A stretch of DNA of 20,000 nt. Origin: Chiloscyllium plagiosum (lineage: Eukaryota). This document shows, piece by piece, positions 11,041-20,000 of the stretch. Made by a program: the position numbers and the translations under genes. Location: contig NC_057728.1 of NCBI RefSeq assembly GCF_004010195.1, positions 53,715,287 to 53,735,286 of the forward strand. Direction: 5' to 3'. The first letter of the stretch is position 1, and each line of letters starts with the position of its first letter. Below the pieces are notes generated by a model. It had not been told where the DNA came from, ran no database searches, and saw only the letters and a program-made list of their open reading frames with translations.

Positions 11041-11531
11041 TGGACTTATCATGAATTGACATGATTCTCTGAACTGTGTTCTTAACACATGCAGTTACCA
11101 CAGTGTTAACTGTGATAAAGATCACATTTTTTGCACATTCAAGTGTGAATGCAGTCCTATAAGCTGCTTCATTCCAATCACTATCATTGCCAGATGCCAT
11201 TAATGCCAGCTGTATTGCCTACCCAGATAAAAACTAATAGATCCACAACTCCATTGAAACGGCATGCTCCAGAATTCTCAGTGCATGAGCAAAATTGATA
11301 ATATTCGAGATACCATCGACAATACCACATTCTCAACTTCTGGGAAGTCAGAGTGGAAAATGCTGAGTACTTTAAAACTAATATTGTAGTAATGTTAGCT
11401 CTCATTAAACCCAGCATCCTGCTACCCTTTAATTGCAAGAAATCTGAGCGAGCAAACTTAATTCTCTTGAAGAAGAGTCAAACAAACCACAAGACGGTGT
11501 GCCAGTGGCTACTGCAGATCTTCCCAAACTG

Positions 11532-11583
11532 TGGGTCTTAATCATAAAATAACACTCTGGGTCTTAATCATAAAATAAGATTC
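11532..11583. repeat. 26-bp tandem duplication
   Basis: TGGGTCTTAATCATAAAATAACACTC followed by TGGGTCTTAATCATAAAATAAGATTC. Confidence 0.9.
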
Positions 11584-12274
11584 TGGGAGTTAGGAGCTCT
11601 GAGGCATCCATGATTGTAGTAGAGCTCCAATCAATTTTTGAAATCTTCACTGTCTCTTTAATTCCTTGTGTTTTATTTTGATGGGTGTGACCTGATGGAC
11701 TGCTCCTGGGGTCTAATTGCAACTGCTATGAAAACTGTGAATCAGTTAGTATTCATTTTCTTTCTCCAAGCATTGTCGTCTATTCCAGGTGGAGTAATCT
11801 ACCATACCCGGAACTGAGTTATCAAGTTTACTCTCACTACCTAAAATATTCCTACCACAACTAATTTTCATGGAGTTATTTCAGTCTACCATGAACTTGG
11901 CTGCCTAGTTTAAAATATGTATGAAAAATTAAAGTTGTATCAAAGGTATAATCACTTCAGGCTGGAGAGAGGGAAAAAATCAAATCACACCTTAGTAAAG
12001 ACTACACAGAAGAAGAGATCACCATAGCAACTTGCAGAACTTGACTACAAATCAGCAGGAGACCAAATTATCTTGGCTAAGCAAAAGACTGACACTCCAT
12101 TTGTTAACTTTCAATCAACTGTCACAAATGATGAGCGCCCACCATCCACTCTCGTGTTAGTGTTTTGAATGTGCACTTATGACAAACTGACCAAGTTTAG
12201 GGGAACCAAATTCTAATTACCAGTGGAAGATAGACACAGATAGCATCAAGGAATGAACTTATGTTCACATAACG

Positions 12275-13390
12275 TTAAAAAAAAATAGAAGCAGGAATAG
12301 GGCATTCAGCCCCTAAAGTCTACCCAATTAGAATAAGATTATTGTTGATCTATCTCGGCCTCAACTCATTTTTTTGTGATAATTCCTCATAGCCCTCCTC
12401 TCCAATATTTCAAAAATCTATATACATCCTCTTTAATGGTCTATGAGCCTCCACAACATTTCTTGGATAAAGAATTCCAGAAATTTACTACCCTCTGGAG
12501 AAGAAATTCCTTCACATCTCAGTTTTCTCATTCTTCTAACCTCTAATGAATAAAGGCTTAATTTGCTTAGCTGTTCTTGATAAGTCAACCCCTTATCCCA
12601 GGAATAAGCCTAGTGAATCTCTTTTGATTTCAACTCCAGTAGAATTTTTTTAAAAATATGGAGTCCATAACTGTACACTGTATTCCATGTGCGTCCTCAT
12701 CAGAATTCTGTAAAGACTTGGCTGTTTTTAAAGTTCAACCTCCTAGTAATAAAGGCCAAAATTCCCAATGCCTTTTTAATTACTTGCCATATCTCCATGC
12801 CAATCTTTTGTGTTTTATGCACAAGAACACAGATCACTTTGCATTGAACTTTTTGGAGTCTCTCTCCATTTAAGTCATAGTCTGCCTTTTGATTCTTCCT
12901 ACTAAAATGCATTACCTCACACTTTCTGACATTAAATTCCATCTTCCAAGTTTTTGCCTGCTCACTCAATCTATCTGTATCTCTTTTCTGATTTCTTACG
13001 TCCTCATGCTTTCCACCTATTTTTATAATATCAGCAAATTGGATACATTTACACTTTGCCAAGTCATTAATATAGATAGTAAATAATTGAAGCCCTAGGA
13101 CCAATCCTTGTAGCATTCCATAATTACATTCTTCCAATCTAAAAAAGGCCCATTAGCCTGATTCTTGAATACTGTGTGTTAATTAATCCTCACTCCATGC
13201 TAATGCATTACCTCCAACCCATGAGCTCTTATTCTGTGCAATAACATTTTACTTGGTGCCTTTTCGGATGCCTTCTGGAAAACCAAATCTATCACTGATG
13301 TTGGTTCTTCTTTGTCAACTCTTCGTGTTTTATTTTAAAACAACACTCACAAATTTGTCAAACATTATGACAGGGAAATAACACCATGTA
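12275..13390 (-). mobile_element. Decayed CR1 LINE (RT plus 3' end)
   Basis: ORF 12700..13137: GMLQGLVLGLQLFTIYINDL, FADIIKIGG, WKMEFNVRKCEVMHF. CLTNL lies at ~13350-13365. Confidence 0.9.
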
Positions 13391-13404
13391 TTTTTGATTT
13401 ATTT

Positions 13405-13715
13405 TTGTTCATTCACTCAGGTGATGTGCATGTCACTGGCTTGGGCAGCATTTATTGCCTAACCCTAGCTGCAGTCCATTTGGTGTAGTCACAGGCATAA
13501 TGCCATTAGGAATGAGTTCAAGGATTTTGACCTCGCAACACTAAAATAACAGTGACAAATTTCCAAGTCTAGATGGTGTGTGGCTTAGAGGAGAATTTGC
13601 AGAGGATGGTGTTCCCATGTATCTACTGCCCTTGTCCTTCTAGATGGTACTGATGGTGTGTTTGGAAGGTGATTTGATTGCATGATGCTTTTTGAAATGT
13701 CCAGTTATTTCTTCC
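13405..13715 (-). mobile_element. 3' tail fragment of the CR1/L2-like family seen at 10320
   Basis: Colinear similarity to 10320-10620 (CAGCATTTATTG, GCAGTCCAT.TGGTGTA, GATTTTGACC, TTCCAA, TCCCAT.TATCTA). Confidence 0.7.
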
Positions 13716-13718
13716 ATG

Positions 13719-13908
13719 TGGTCAGTTAGTTCATTTGGTTGGAGGCTGGTTTGCAATGCAGAATAATGCATGGGTTCAATTCCCACACAAGCTACATTTC
13801 TCCTGAAGGACTTTTTTTTCCTCAATCTCTGCCCTTGCCTGAGGCACGATGATCCTCAGGTTAACTCAGCTGCCTCTAATGAGAGAGTAGCAGAACTATG
13901 GTAGCTTT
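13719..13908 (+). mobile_element. tRNA-derived SINE (MetaSINE-like)
   Basis: A-box-like GTTAGTTCATTTGG and B-box GGGTTCAATTCCC, followed by GCCTGAGGCACGATGATCCTCAGGTTAA. Second copy at 2603-2930(-). Confidence 0.7.
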
Positions 13909-13914
13909 CCTTTT

Positions 13915-14345
13915 TCTCCCCCCTCACTAACAGACTCTAACATTTTCCCAATGACAGTTATTAGACTAACCGGCCTGCCGTTTCTTGCTTCTGTGTCCCT
14001 GCCTTCTTGAACTGAGCATCACAGTTAGCAGTTCTCCAATCCTCTTCCCAGAATCCAGTCAGTTCTGGAATATTTTGACAAGCGCCTCCATGTTATTTCT
14101 GCAGTCACTTTCTTTAAAACCCTTGGATACAAGACCTAGCAATTTATCTGTCTTTAATCTTGTTAGGTCATCAAATTCTTTGTTCCTCATAATAGAGACT
14201 GTTACAAGATCTTTCCTCCCATCCTCACCTTGCTCAGCTGTTACCTTTTTATGTTTATAGTCATCATGAAGATTGATGCAAAATATTAATTTGAATTATC
14301 CACTATTTTCCTGTTCCCGATTATTAATTTCCTTATTGCTTCCTA
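13915..14345 (-). mobile_element. Decayed CR1 LINE, upstream continuation of 12275-13390
   Basis: The minus strand encodes RPVSLITVIGKMLES and PKGFKE..IFQN.LDSG..EDWRTA-like CR1 motifs. Confidence 0.75.
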
Positions 14346-14492
14346 TGTAGTGGATTAAGTTGGTACACGTGATTTATAACATGATTGGATTCACCAGATA
14401 AAACAGACTTCCCTTCCATAGAAACATTGTAGATCATATCCCACTAGACTGGTTTGCACTCTGTTTACACTGCATGTATGTTTAAAGTGATG

Positions 14493-14698
14493 AGGAGAAA
14501 GCAGATGCTGGAGATCAGAGCTGAAAATGTGTTGCTGGAAAAGCGCAGCAGGTCAGACAGCATCCAGGGAACAGGAGAATCGACGTTTCGGGCATAAGCC
14601 CTTCTTCAGGAATCAAGGGCTTATGCCCGAAACGTCGATTCTCCTGTTCCCTGGATGCTGCCTGACCTGCTGCGCTTTTCCAGCAACACATTTTCAGC
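14493..14698. mobile_element. 206-bp palindromic PLE-terminus mini-element with hammerhead and 14-bp TSD
   Basis: Arms 14519-14603 and 14615-14699 (85 bp, 1 mismatch, 11-nt spacer). TSD TGTTTAAAGTGATG at 14479-14492 and 14699-14712. Confidence 0.92.
14576..14614 (-). ncRNA. Minimal hammerhead ribozyme motif (intact core)
   Basis: Minus strand: GAUUC-CUGAAGA-A-GGGC-UUAU-GCCC-GAAACGUC-GAUUC. Confidence 0.7.
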
Positions 14699-15424
14699 TG
14701 TTTAAAGTGATGGACAATTGTATTTTTCAGGAGTGCCAAAGGATGTAATTGTGCATAGTATTTCTGGTGATGTTCTGAGTGTTTTTGCTGCAGTAAGGTC
14801 TTTCCCTTTAAAGCTTTTATATTTGCATGATTGACTGATTATTGAAGCAGTCTTGCTCTGAATCACTCTATAACAGCAAGTTGGGGAGGGAATTCACTAA
14901 AGAGCAGGATGAGAATGTATGAACAGGTGCCCGACTACTGGATAAAGCTGACATAAAGTCCTATTTGAAACTCTCAGCTGTCGGGAATATGACTGCCCAG
15001 TTATGTGTTTACCATTTCCTTCAGGAGAAACTACTCTTCCAAGAATTCCCTCTGAATGAATGACAAAATTACAGCAGGATCAGAGAGTGAATGTGGAGGG
15101 CTTTCATATGTTGGTCACAGTTTATGTTTTTAACTCAATGTATGTTTTGGAAGTCACCGAAATAAAAGTAATATCTGATCTTTGTCCTGTTTAACAAATT
15201 AATTTTATGGATCAAACTGTAGTTCATAATATCGGTACATCTGAGCTAATATCTGTGAAATAAGAGTGGTATTTCAACTACAATCTTAATCAAAACCACT
15301 TGTTTCATTTATGAAGTTAATGCATTCATTTACTTGAACTACTGATTCTTTTAATGGAAGCCACAATAAATACAATAAACTGAATTTGTACCATTATAAC
15401 TCAAAATAGATGTCATGGCAGCTG

Positions 15425-15570
15425 CAGAAGAGTTAATGTTTCAGATCCAGTGAGTCTTATTCAGACCTTGGAGAAAGATCACTGAACCTGAAACATCAAC
15501 TCTGCTTTCTTTCCTCTGATTCTGCCAGACCTGCTGAGTTTCTCCATTATGTGACTTGTTTTTGTTTTCC
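15425..15570. mobile_element. Old, decayed fold-back PLE terminus
   Basis: Inverted arms 15429-15453 and 15479-15503 (22/25), followed by CTGCCAGACCTGCTGAGTTTCTCCA..TTGTTTTTGTTT, the reverse of 16040-16085. Confidence 0.65.
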
Positions 15571-16037
15571 ATTATGTGACTTAGTAAACGGAAAAGTTCT
15601 AGTCACAGTAATAGATGAAATCCCAATGGAAAAAATTGATTTTACCTTGGGAAATAACCGGCTGGTTCAAAACTATTGGCTACATCGAGGGTGGTGGAAT
15701 AACCAGTAGAAATAAAAGTTGAGACACTTATAGAGGAAACAATTCAGGGTGTTCCTAACTATGTTGTGACTAGATCTTGGGCCCACAGAATTAGACAGTA
15801 AGAGGAAGAATGTTGGAATAAAGGAAGATGATTTTGAAATTCAGTTAACTGACAATTTCAAAAATTTAAAGTTCAAGGTAAGGTAAATGAGGTTAACATG
15901 TTTAGTTTATCTTCTCTAACAGAAATACAACAAATGCATTCTGAATTGAGAGTTTTACCAAACAGCTGACTCAAAAATTGAGTCATCCATTCCTGAGAAT
16001 CTTTTAAATAATAATGAAGCACTGATGAAGAAATGAG

Positions 16038-16145
16038 AAATAAAAACAGAAATTGCTTGGAAAAACTCAGCAGGTCTGGCAGCATCTGTGGAGCGAAAAC
16101 AGAGTTAACGTTTCAGGTCTAGTAACCCTTCTTCGGGGTTTGAAG
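16038..16145 (-). mobile_element. PLE terminal fragment with degenerate hammerhead
   Basis: GGAAAAACTCAGCAGGTCTGGCAGCATCTG..GTTAACGTTTCAGGTCTAGTAACCCTTCTTCGG. The minus strand reads CCGAAGA-AGGGUUACUAGACCU-GAAACGUU. Confidence 0.7.
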
Positions 16146-16597
16146 GTTCTGGAAAAATGAAGTCTACCTCAAACACCATCTGATGAGTTTATCACTTAGT
16201 ATTTTAGACCCTTTGAGAGCAAAAGCATTTTTATTAGCCAGAATTGTTAAAGATGTCAGAAAATGTTGCTAGATATGCCAACACCAAATGGACTTCATCT
16301 ATGTAAACCATGCCATTTAGAATGAAAAATGCATCAGGAACTTTCTAATGGTTTATGAACAAATTTGTTTAAGGAATGTGTAATTGTGTTACCTACATAG
16401 ATAATTTGTATTCAGGCAAACCTGAGAAGAACATTAGAATAAATAGATCAGTTACAAAATGCCAATTTGGTCAGAAATCTGGTTAAAAATATTTTCTCAA
16501 AGTGCATGCGACTTATTTAGGTTCCACTATCAAACAAAGTCAAGTAGCCCCTAGAGAACTAAAAATAAAGGGCTATCTTGGATTTTCCCATCCCCAA

Positions 16598-16939
16598 TAG
16601 AAAATCATAGAATCCTTACAGTGTGGAAACAGGTCTTCAGCCCAACAAGTCCACATCGACCCTCCGAAGATATTCCACCCAGATCCATTCCTCGACATTT
16701 ACCCCGACTAATGCACCTAACCTACTCATCCCTGGACATTATGGTCAATTTAGCATGGTCAATTCACCTAATTTGCACATCTTTAGATTGTGGGAGGAAA
16801 CTGGAGCACCCAGGGAAACCCATGCAGACACGGGGAGAATGTGCAGACGCCACACAGACAGTTGCTTGAGAGTGGAATTGAACCCAGGTCCCTAGTGCTA
16901 TGAGGTAGCAGTACTAACCACTGAGCCACTGCGCTGCCC
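16598..16939 (-). mobile_element. HE1-type V-SINE (tRNA head, V domain, CR1-derived tail)
   Basis: Minus-strand head GGGCAGCGCAGTGGCTCAGTGGTTAG, B box GGGTTCAATTCC, and V-domain TCTCCCCGTGTCTGCATGGGTTTCCCTGGGTGCTCCAGTTTCCTCCCACA. The tail ends in ATTCTATG. Possible TSD CCCCAA (16592-16597 and 16937-16942). Confidence 0.88.
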
Positions 16940-17449
16940 CAAGTGCAAACTGCTGTATCAAATTCACTTAAATGGACTTTGTTGGAAGTTCAATTCAAAC
17001 TTCAGCACTGCAGTGTCTCCTTTGACAAACTCATTGAAGGAAGGCAAAGAATTTGAGTGGACTAAAGAAGGTCAGTGTGTCTCTGATAGATTGAAAGCAG
17101 TGCTGATAACTGATAACTAAGGGAGTTTTGGCAGCACCAAGTTATGAGAAGTTATTCATATTGGCAGTTTGATGTCAGTATCATTGTGGGTGTTGTTTTA
17201 CTACAAGAGAATTAATTGCTCAGTTATTTTTCAGAAGAACTGAATGATTGTCAACAGAAATACACAACATTGGAGAAAGAGATATTGAGTTTTGTGTTTG
17301 CAAATATTTGCAAACATTTATATATCCCGTAATGCAAAGAGACTTATTTATGTGGACCACAATCATTGTTTGGAGAGATTTTGTGACCAAAAAAATGACT
17401 GTTTCATTGCAATTTAATACTACTGTCATAGCATATAAAGGCATTCATG

Positions 17450-17768
17450 TGGATTTTTAAAATTCATTCATGGGATGAGGGCTTCGCTGACTAGGTCAGC
17501 ATTTAGTGCCCATCTCTAATTTCACAGAGGACAGTTAAGAGTCAAACAGAGTGCTGCGGGTTTAGAGTCACCTATGGGCCACACCAGGGAAAAATGGCAG
17601 TTTCCTTTCCCCCAAAGGACATTAGTGAATCTTTTTTTTTTCCGACAGTTGACATCATTAGACTCTTATTTCCAGATTTTTAAAAATTGAATTCAAATTC
17701 TACCATTCCACTCAGGTCTCATGGATTAACAGTCCAGTAATAATACCATTAGGCTATCATTTCTTCTA
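17450..17768 (-). mobile_element. tRNA-derived SINE whose tail is shared with the 10320 LINE family
   Basis: Minus-strand head GATAGCCTAATGGTATTATTACTGGACTGTTAATCCA. The tail (plus strand ATTCATTCATGGGATGAGGGC..CAGCATTTA.TGCCC) matches the 10320 and 13405 fragments. Confidence 0.75.
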
Positions 17769-18106
17769 TGGCAATGACAATACAATCGCGGATGTTTTGT
17801 CAAGAGCAAAAATGAATGAAACTGAATGCTGTGAACAAAGCAGACTTGCATGGGATATAGCTATCACAAAAATCAATCTATTTTGAATGCAATGCTATTA
17901 CTGTTAATGCTACTCGAAAGTAGTTTTAAGAATTTAGAATATGATGATGCATCTGGAGGATACCTTTTCACTTTTTCTTTGGAGGTGATGTGATGAGAGA
18001 CGCATAATGTTTTGGATTTCAAAATGGAGGCAAATGGACATGAGATGATTGTGTAATAACCATTAGGTAAAAGTCTGTAAATTGCTTTTGGGCTATGACC
18101 TAAATA

Positions 18107-18151
18107 GCCCATAGGTGACTCTAAACCCGCAGCACTCTGTTTGACTCTTAA
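18107..18151. repeat. 45-bp perfect inverted copy of 17535-17579
   Basis: GCCCATAGGTGACTCTAAACCCGCAGCACTCTGTTTGACTCTTAA is the exact reverse complement of 17535-17579. Confidence 0.95.
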
Positions 18152-18221
18152 TGTGTGATTGACTTCAACTGCCTGGGAGAATCTCTAATGTTTTCTAATA
18201 TCCATTGTTCATGGATAAAAT

Positions 18222-20000
18222 GGTTTTTGTGGCAGCAGACGGGACTTAAGGATGGTGTGTTGCCTTCCTGGTGCCAGGGTTAAAGACATCACAGACAGAG
18301 TGCAGGAAATCCTGAAGGACGAAGGTGAAGAGCCAGAGGTGTGGTACATGTCGGCACAAATGATGTCGGGAAGAAAAGGAGGAACATACTACAGCGGGAC
18401 TTCGGAGAACTAGGAAGAAAGCTGAAAAGCAGGACGTACAAGGTGGTTATCTTCCAGTTTGCTTCCAGTTCCTCGGGCTGGTGAGGCCAGAAACAGGGAG
18501 ATAATGGACTTGAACGTGTGGCTGGGGAACTGGTGCAGGAAGCAAGGATTTAAATTCTGGGATCACTGGGGTGTGTTTTGTGGTAAGCATAAATTCTACA
18601 AGAGAGACGGTTTGCATCTTAATAGGTTAGGGACCAGCATTCTGGCAGGCAGGTTTGCTACTGCAACACAGCTACGTTTAAACTAAGTAGCGGGGGNNNN
18701 NNNNNNNNNNNNNNNNNNNNNNNNNNNNNNNNNNNNNNNNNNNNNNNNNNNNNNNNNNNNNNNNNNNNNNNNNNNNNNNNNNNNNNGGCAGATATGATAT
18801 TGTGGGGATAACTGAGACGTGGCTTCAAGTGGACAGGGCCTAGGAAATGAATATTCAAGGCTACACGTGCTATCGTAAGGACAGACTGATGGGCAGAGGG
18901 AGTGGGGTGGCAATGTTGGTAAGGGATGATATTCAGTCCCTTGCGCGGGGGGACCTAGAATCATGGGATGTAGAGTCCGTGTGGATAGAGCTGAGAAATA
19001 CTAAGGGTAAAAAGACCCTCTTGGGAGTTATCTACAGGCCCCCAAACAGTAGTCTGGATTCCGCATGTAAGTTAAGTCAGGAGCTGAAATTGGCCTGTTG
19101 CAAAGATGGTACTGCAGTTGTTATGGGGGATTTCAACATGCAGATAGACTGGGAGAATCAGTATGGTATTGGACCTCAAGAAAGAGACTTTGTGGAGTGC
19201 CTCAGAGTGGATTCTTAGGACAGCTGGTGCTAGAGCCGACCAGGGAGAAGGCAATTCTGGATCTGGTATTGTGCAACGAACCAAAATTGATCAGGAACCT
19301 TGATGTGAAGGAGCCATTGGGAAGTAGTGACCATAATACAATAAGCTTCAATCTGCAATTTGAGAGGGAGAGGGTACAATTGGTAGTGACAATATTTCAG
19401 TTGAATAAAGGGAACTATGGAGCTATGAGGGAGGAGCTGGCCAAAGTTCAATGGTGCAATACCTTAGCAGGGATGACAGTGGAAGAACAGTGGCGGAAAT
19501 TTCTGTGTATAATGCAGACATTGCAGGATCAGTTCATTCCAAAAAGGAAGAAAGATCCTAAGAGGAGGCATGAGTGGCCATGGCTGACGAGGGAAGTTAA
19601 GAAACATATAAAGTTAAAAGAGAAAAGTATAACATAGCAAAGATAATTCGGAAAACGGAGGACTGGGAAGCTTTTAAAGAACAACAGAGGATTACTAAGA
19701 AGGAAATACGCAGAGAAAAAATGAGGTACGAAGGTAAACTGGCCAATAATATAAAGGAGGATAGTAAAAGGTTTTTAGGTATGTGAAAGGCAAAAAAATG
19801 TTTAAGACTAAAATTGGGCCCTTGAAGACAGAAACGGGAATATATTACGGGGAACAAAGAAATGGCAGAATAATTGAATTGGTACTTCAGATCTGTGTTC
19901 ACTGGGGAAGACACAAGCAATCTCCCTGAGGTAACAGTGGCTGAAGGACCTGAACTGAAGGGAATTTATATTTGCCAGGAATTGGTGTTGGAGAGACTGT
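18222..20000 (+). mobile_element. CR1 LINE, 5'-truncated within ORF1: SGNH-esterase end, then ORF2 APE endonuclease and linker; runs off the window
   Basis: ORF1: RMVCCLPGARVKDIT, HVGTNDVG, YKRDGLHLN, stop at 18686. ORF2: GITETWLQ, YRKDR..GSGVAML, GVIYRPPNS, VMGDFN, LDLVL, LGSSDHN, PWLT. Stops and frameshifts are present. Confidence 0.95.
18697..18786. other. Assembly gap
   Basis: N run. Confidence 1.

Larger units (their letters stand above)
16270..17810 (+). mobile_element. Highly decayed Gypsy/Ty3 LTR-retrotransposon pol (RT plus RNase H), split by two SINEs
   Basis: Manual translation: TMPFRMKNASGTF (~16307), VTYIDNL (~16388, the YxDD position), ATYLG, AILDFPIP, NFSTAVSPLTNSLKEGKEFEWT (~17000), VLAAPSYEKLF, VGVVLLQE, YFSEELNDCQQKYTTLEKEILS, then NDNTIADVLSR (~17775-17805). 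Confidence 0.8.

Noticed and set aside
14515..14748. Near-identical ORFs on both strands (MCCWKSAAGQ..), also MLETRFWISGAG.. at 2649 and 4687
   Set aside because: These follow from the palindrome and the repeated PLE terminus. There is no evidence they are genes.
15015..15095. Possible exon after TTTCCTTCAG
   Set aside because: All three frames hit a stop within 40 nt and there is no strong donor site.
16860..16939. tRNA gene (also 13719-13790)
   Set aside because: A and B boxes are present, but these are SINE heads without a complete cloverleaf.
1..20000. CRISPR array, prokaryotic operon or retron/DGR-type system
   Set aside because: There is no regularly spaced repeat-spacer array. All RT motifs belong to eukaryotic CR1, PLE or Gypsy families.

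Overview
This is a repeat-saturated, AT-rich eukaryotic window with three N-gaps (4824-5662, 6327-6441, 18697-18786). The repeat set (HE1/V-SINE, CR1 LINEs with (TTCTATG)n tails, Penelope-like elements) points to a cartilaginous fish, probably a shark; this is an inference. No intact host gene or exon is recognisable. Content: four decayed CR1 LINEs, one CR1/L2-like 3' remnant family, a Poseidon-type and a long Neptune-type Penelope-like element (PLE), several tRNA-derived SINEs, and a heavily decayed Gypsy RT-RNaseH that the ORF track misses. The most striking structure is a series of PLE-terminus insertions (about 130 bp, 206 bp and 4.2 kb). All three start with AGG, carry a minimal hammerhead ribozyme motif on the minus strand, fold back into an inverted copy of themselves and are flanked by ~14-bp target-site duplications. 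Two further perfect short inverted duplications (30 bp, 45 bp) and an inverted filler inside the PLE RT point to frequent template switching. Family names come from recalled motifs, not database searches.
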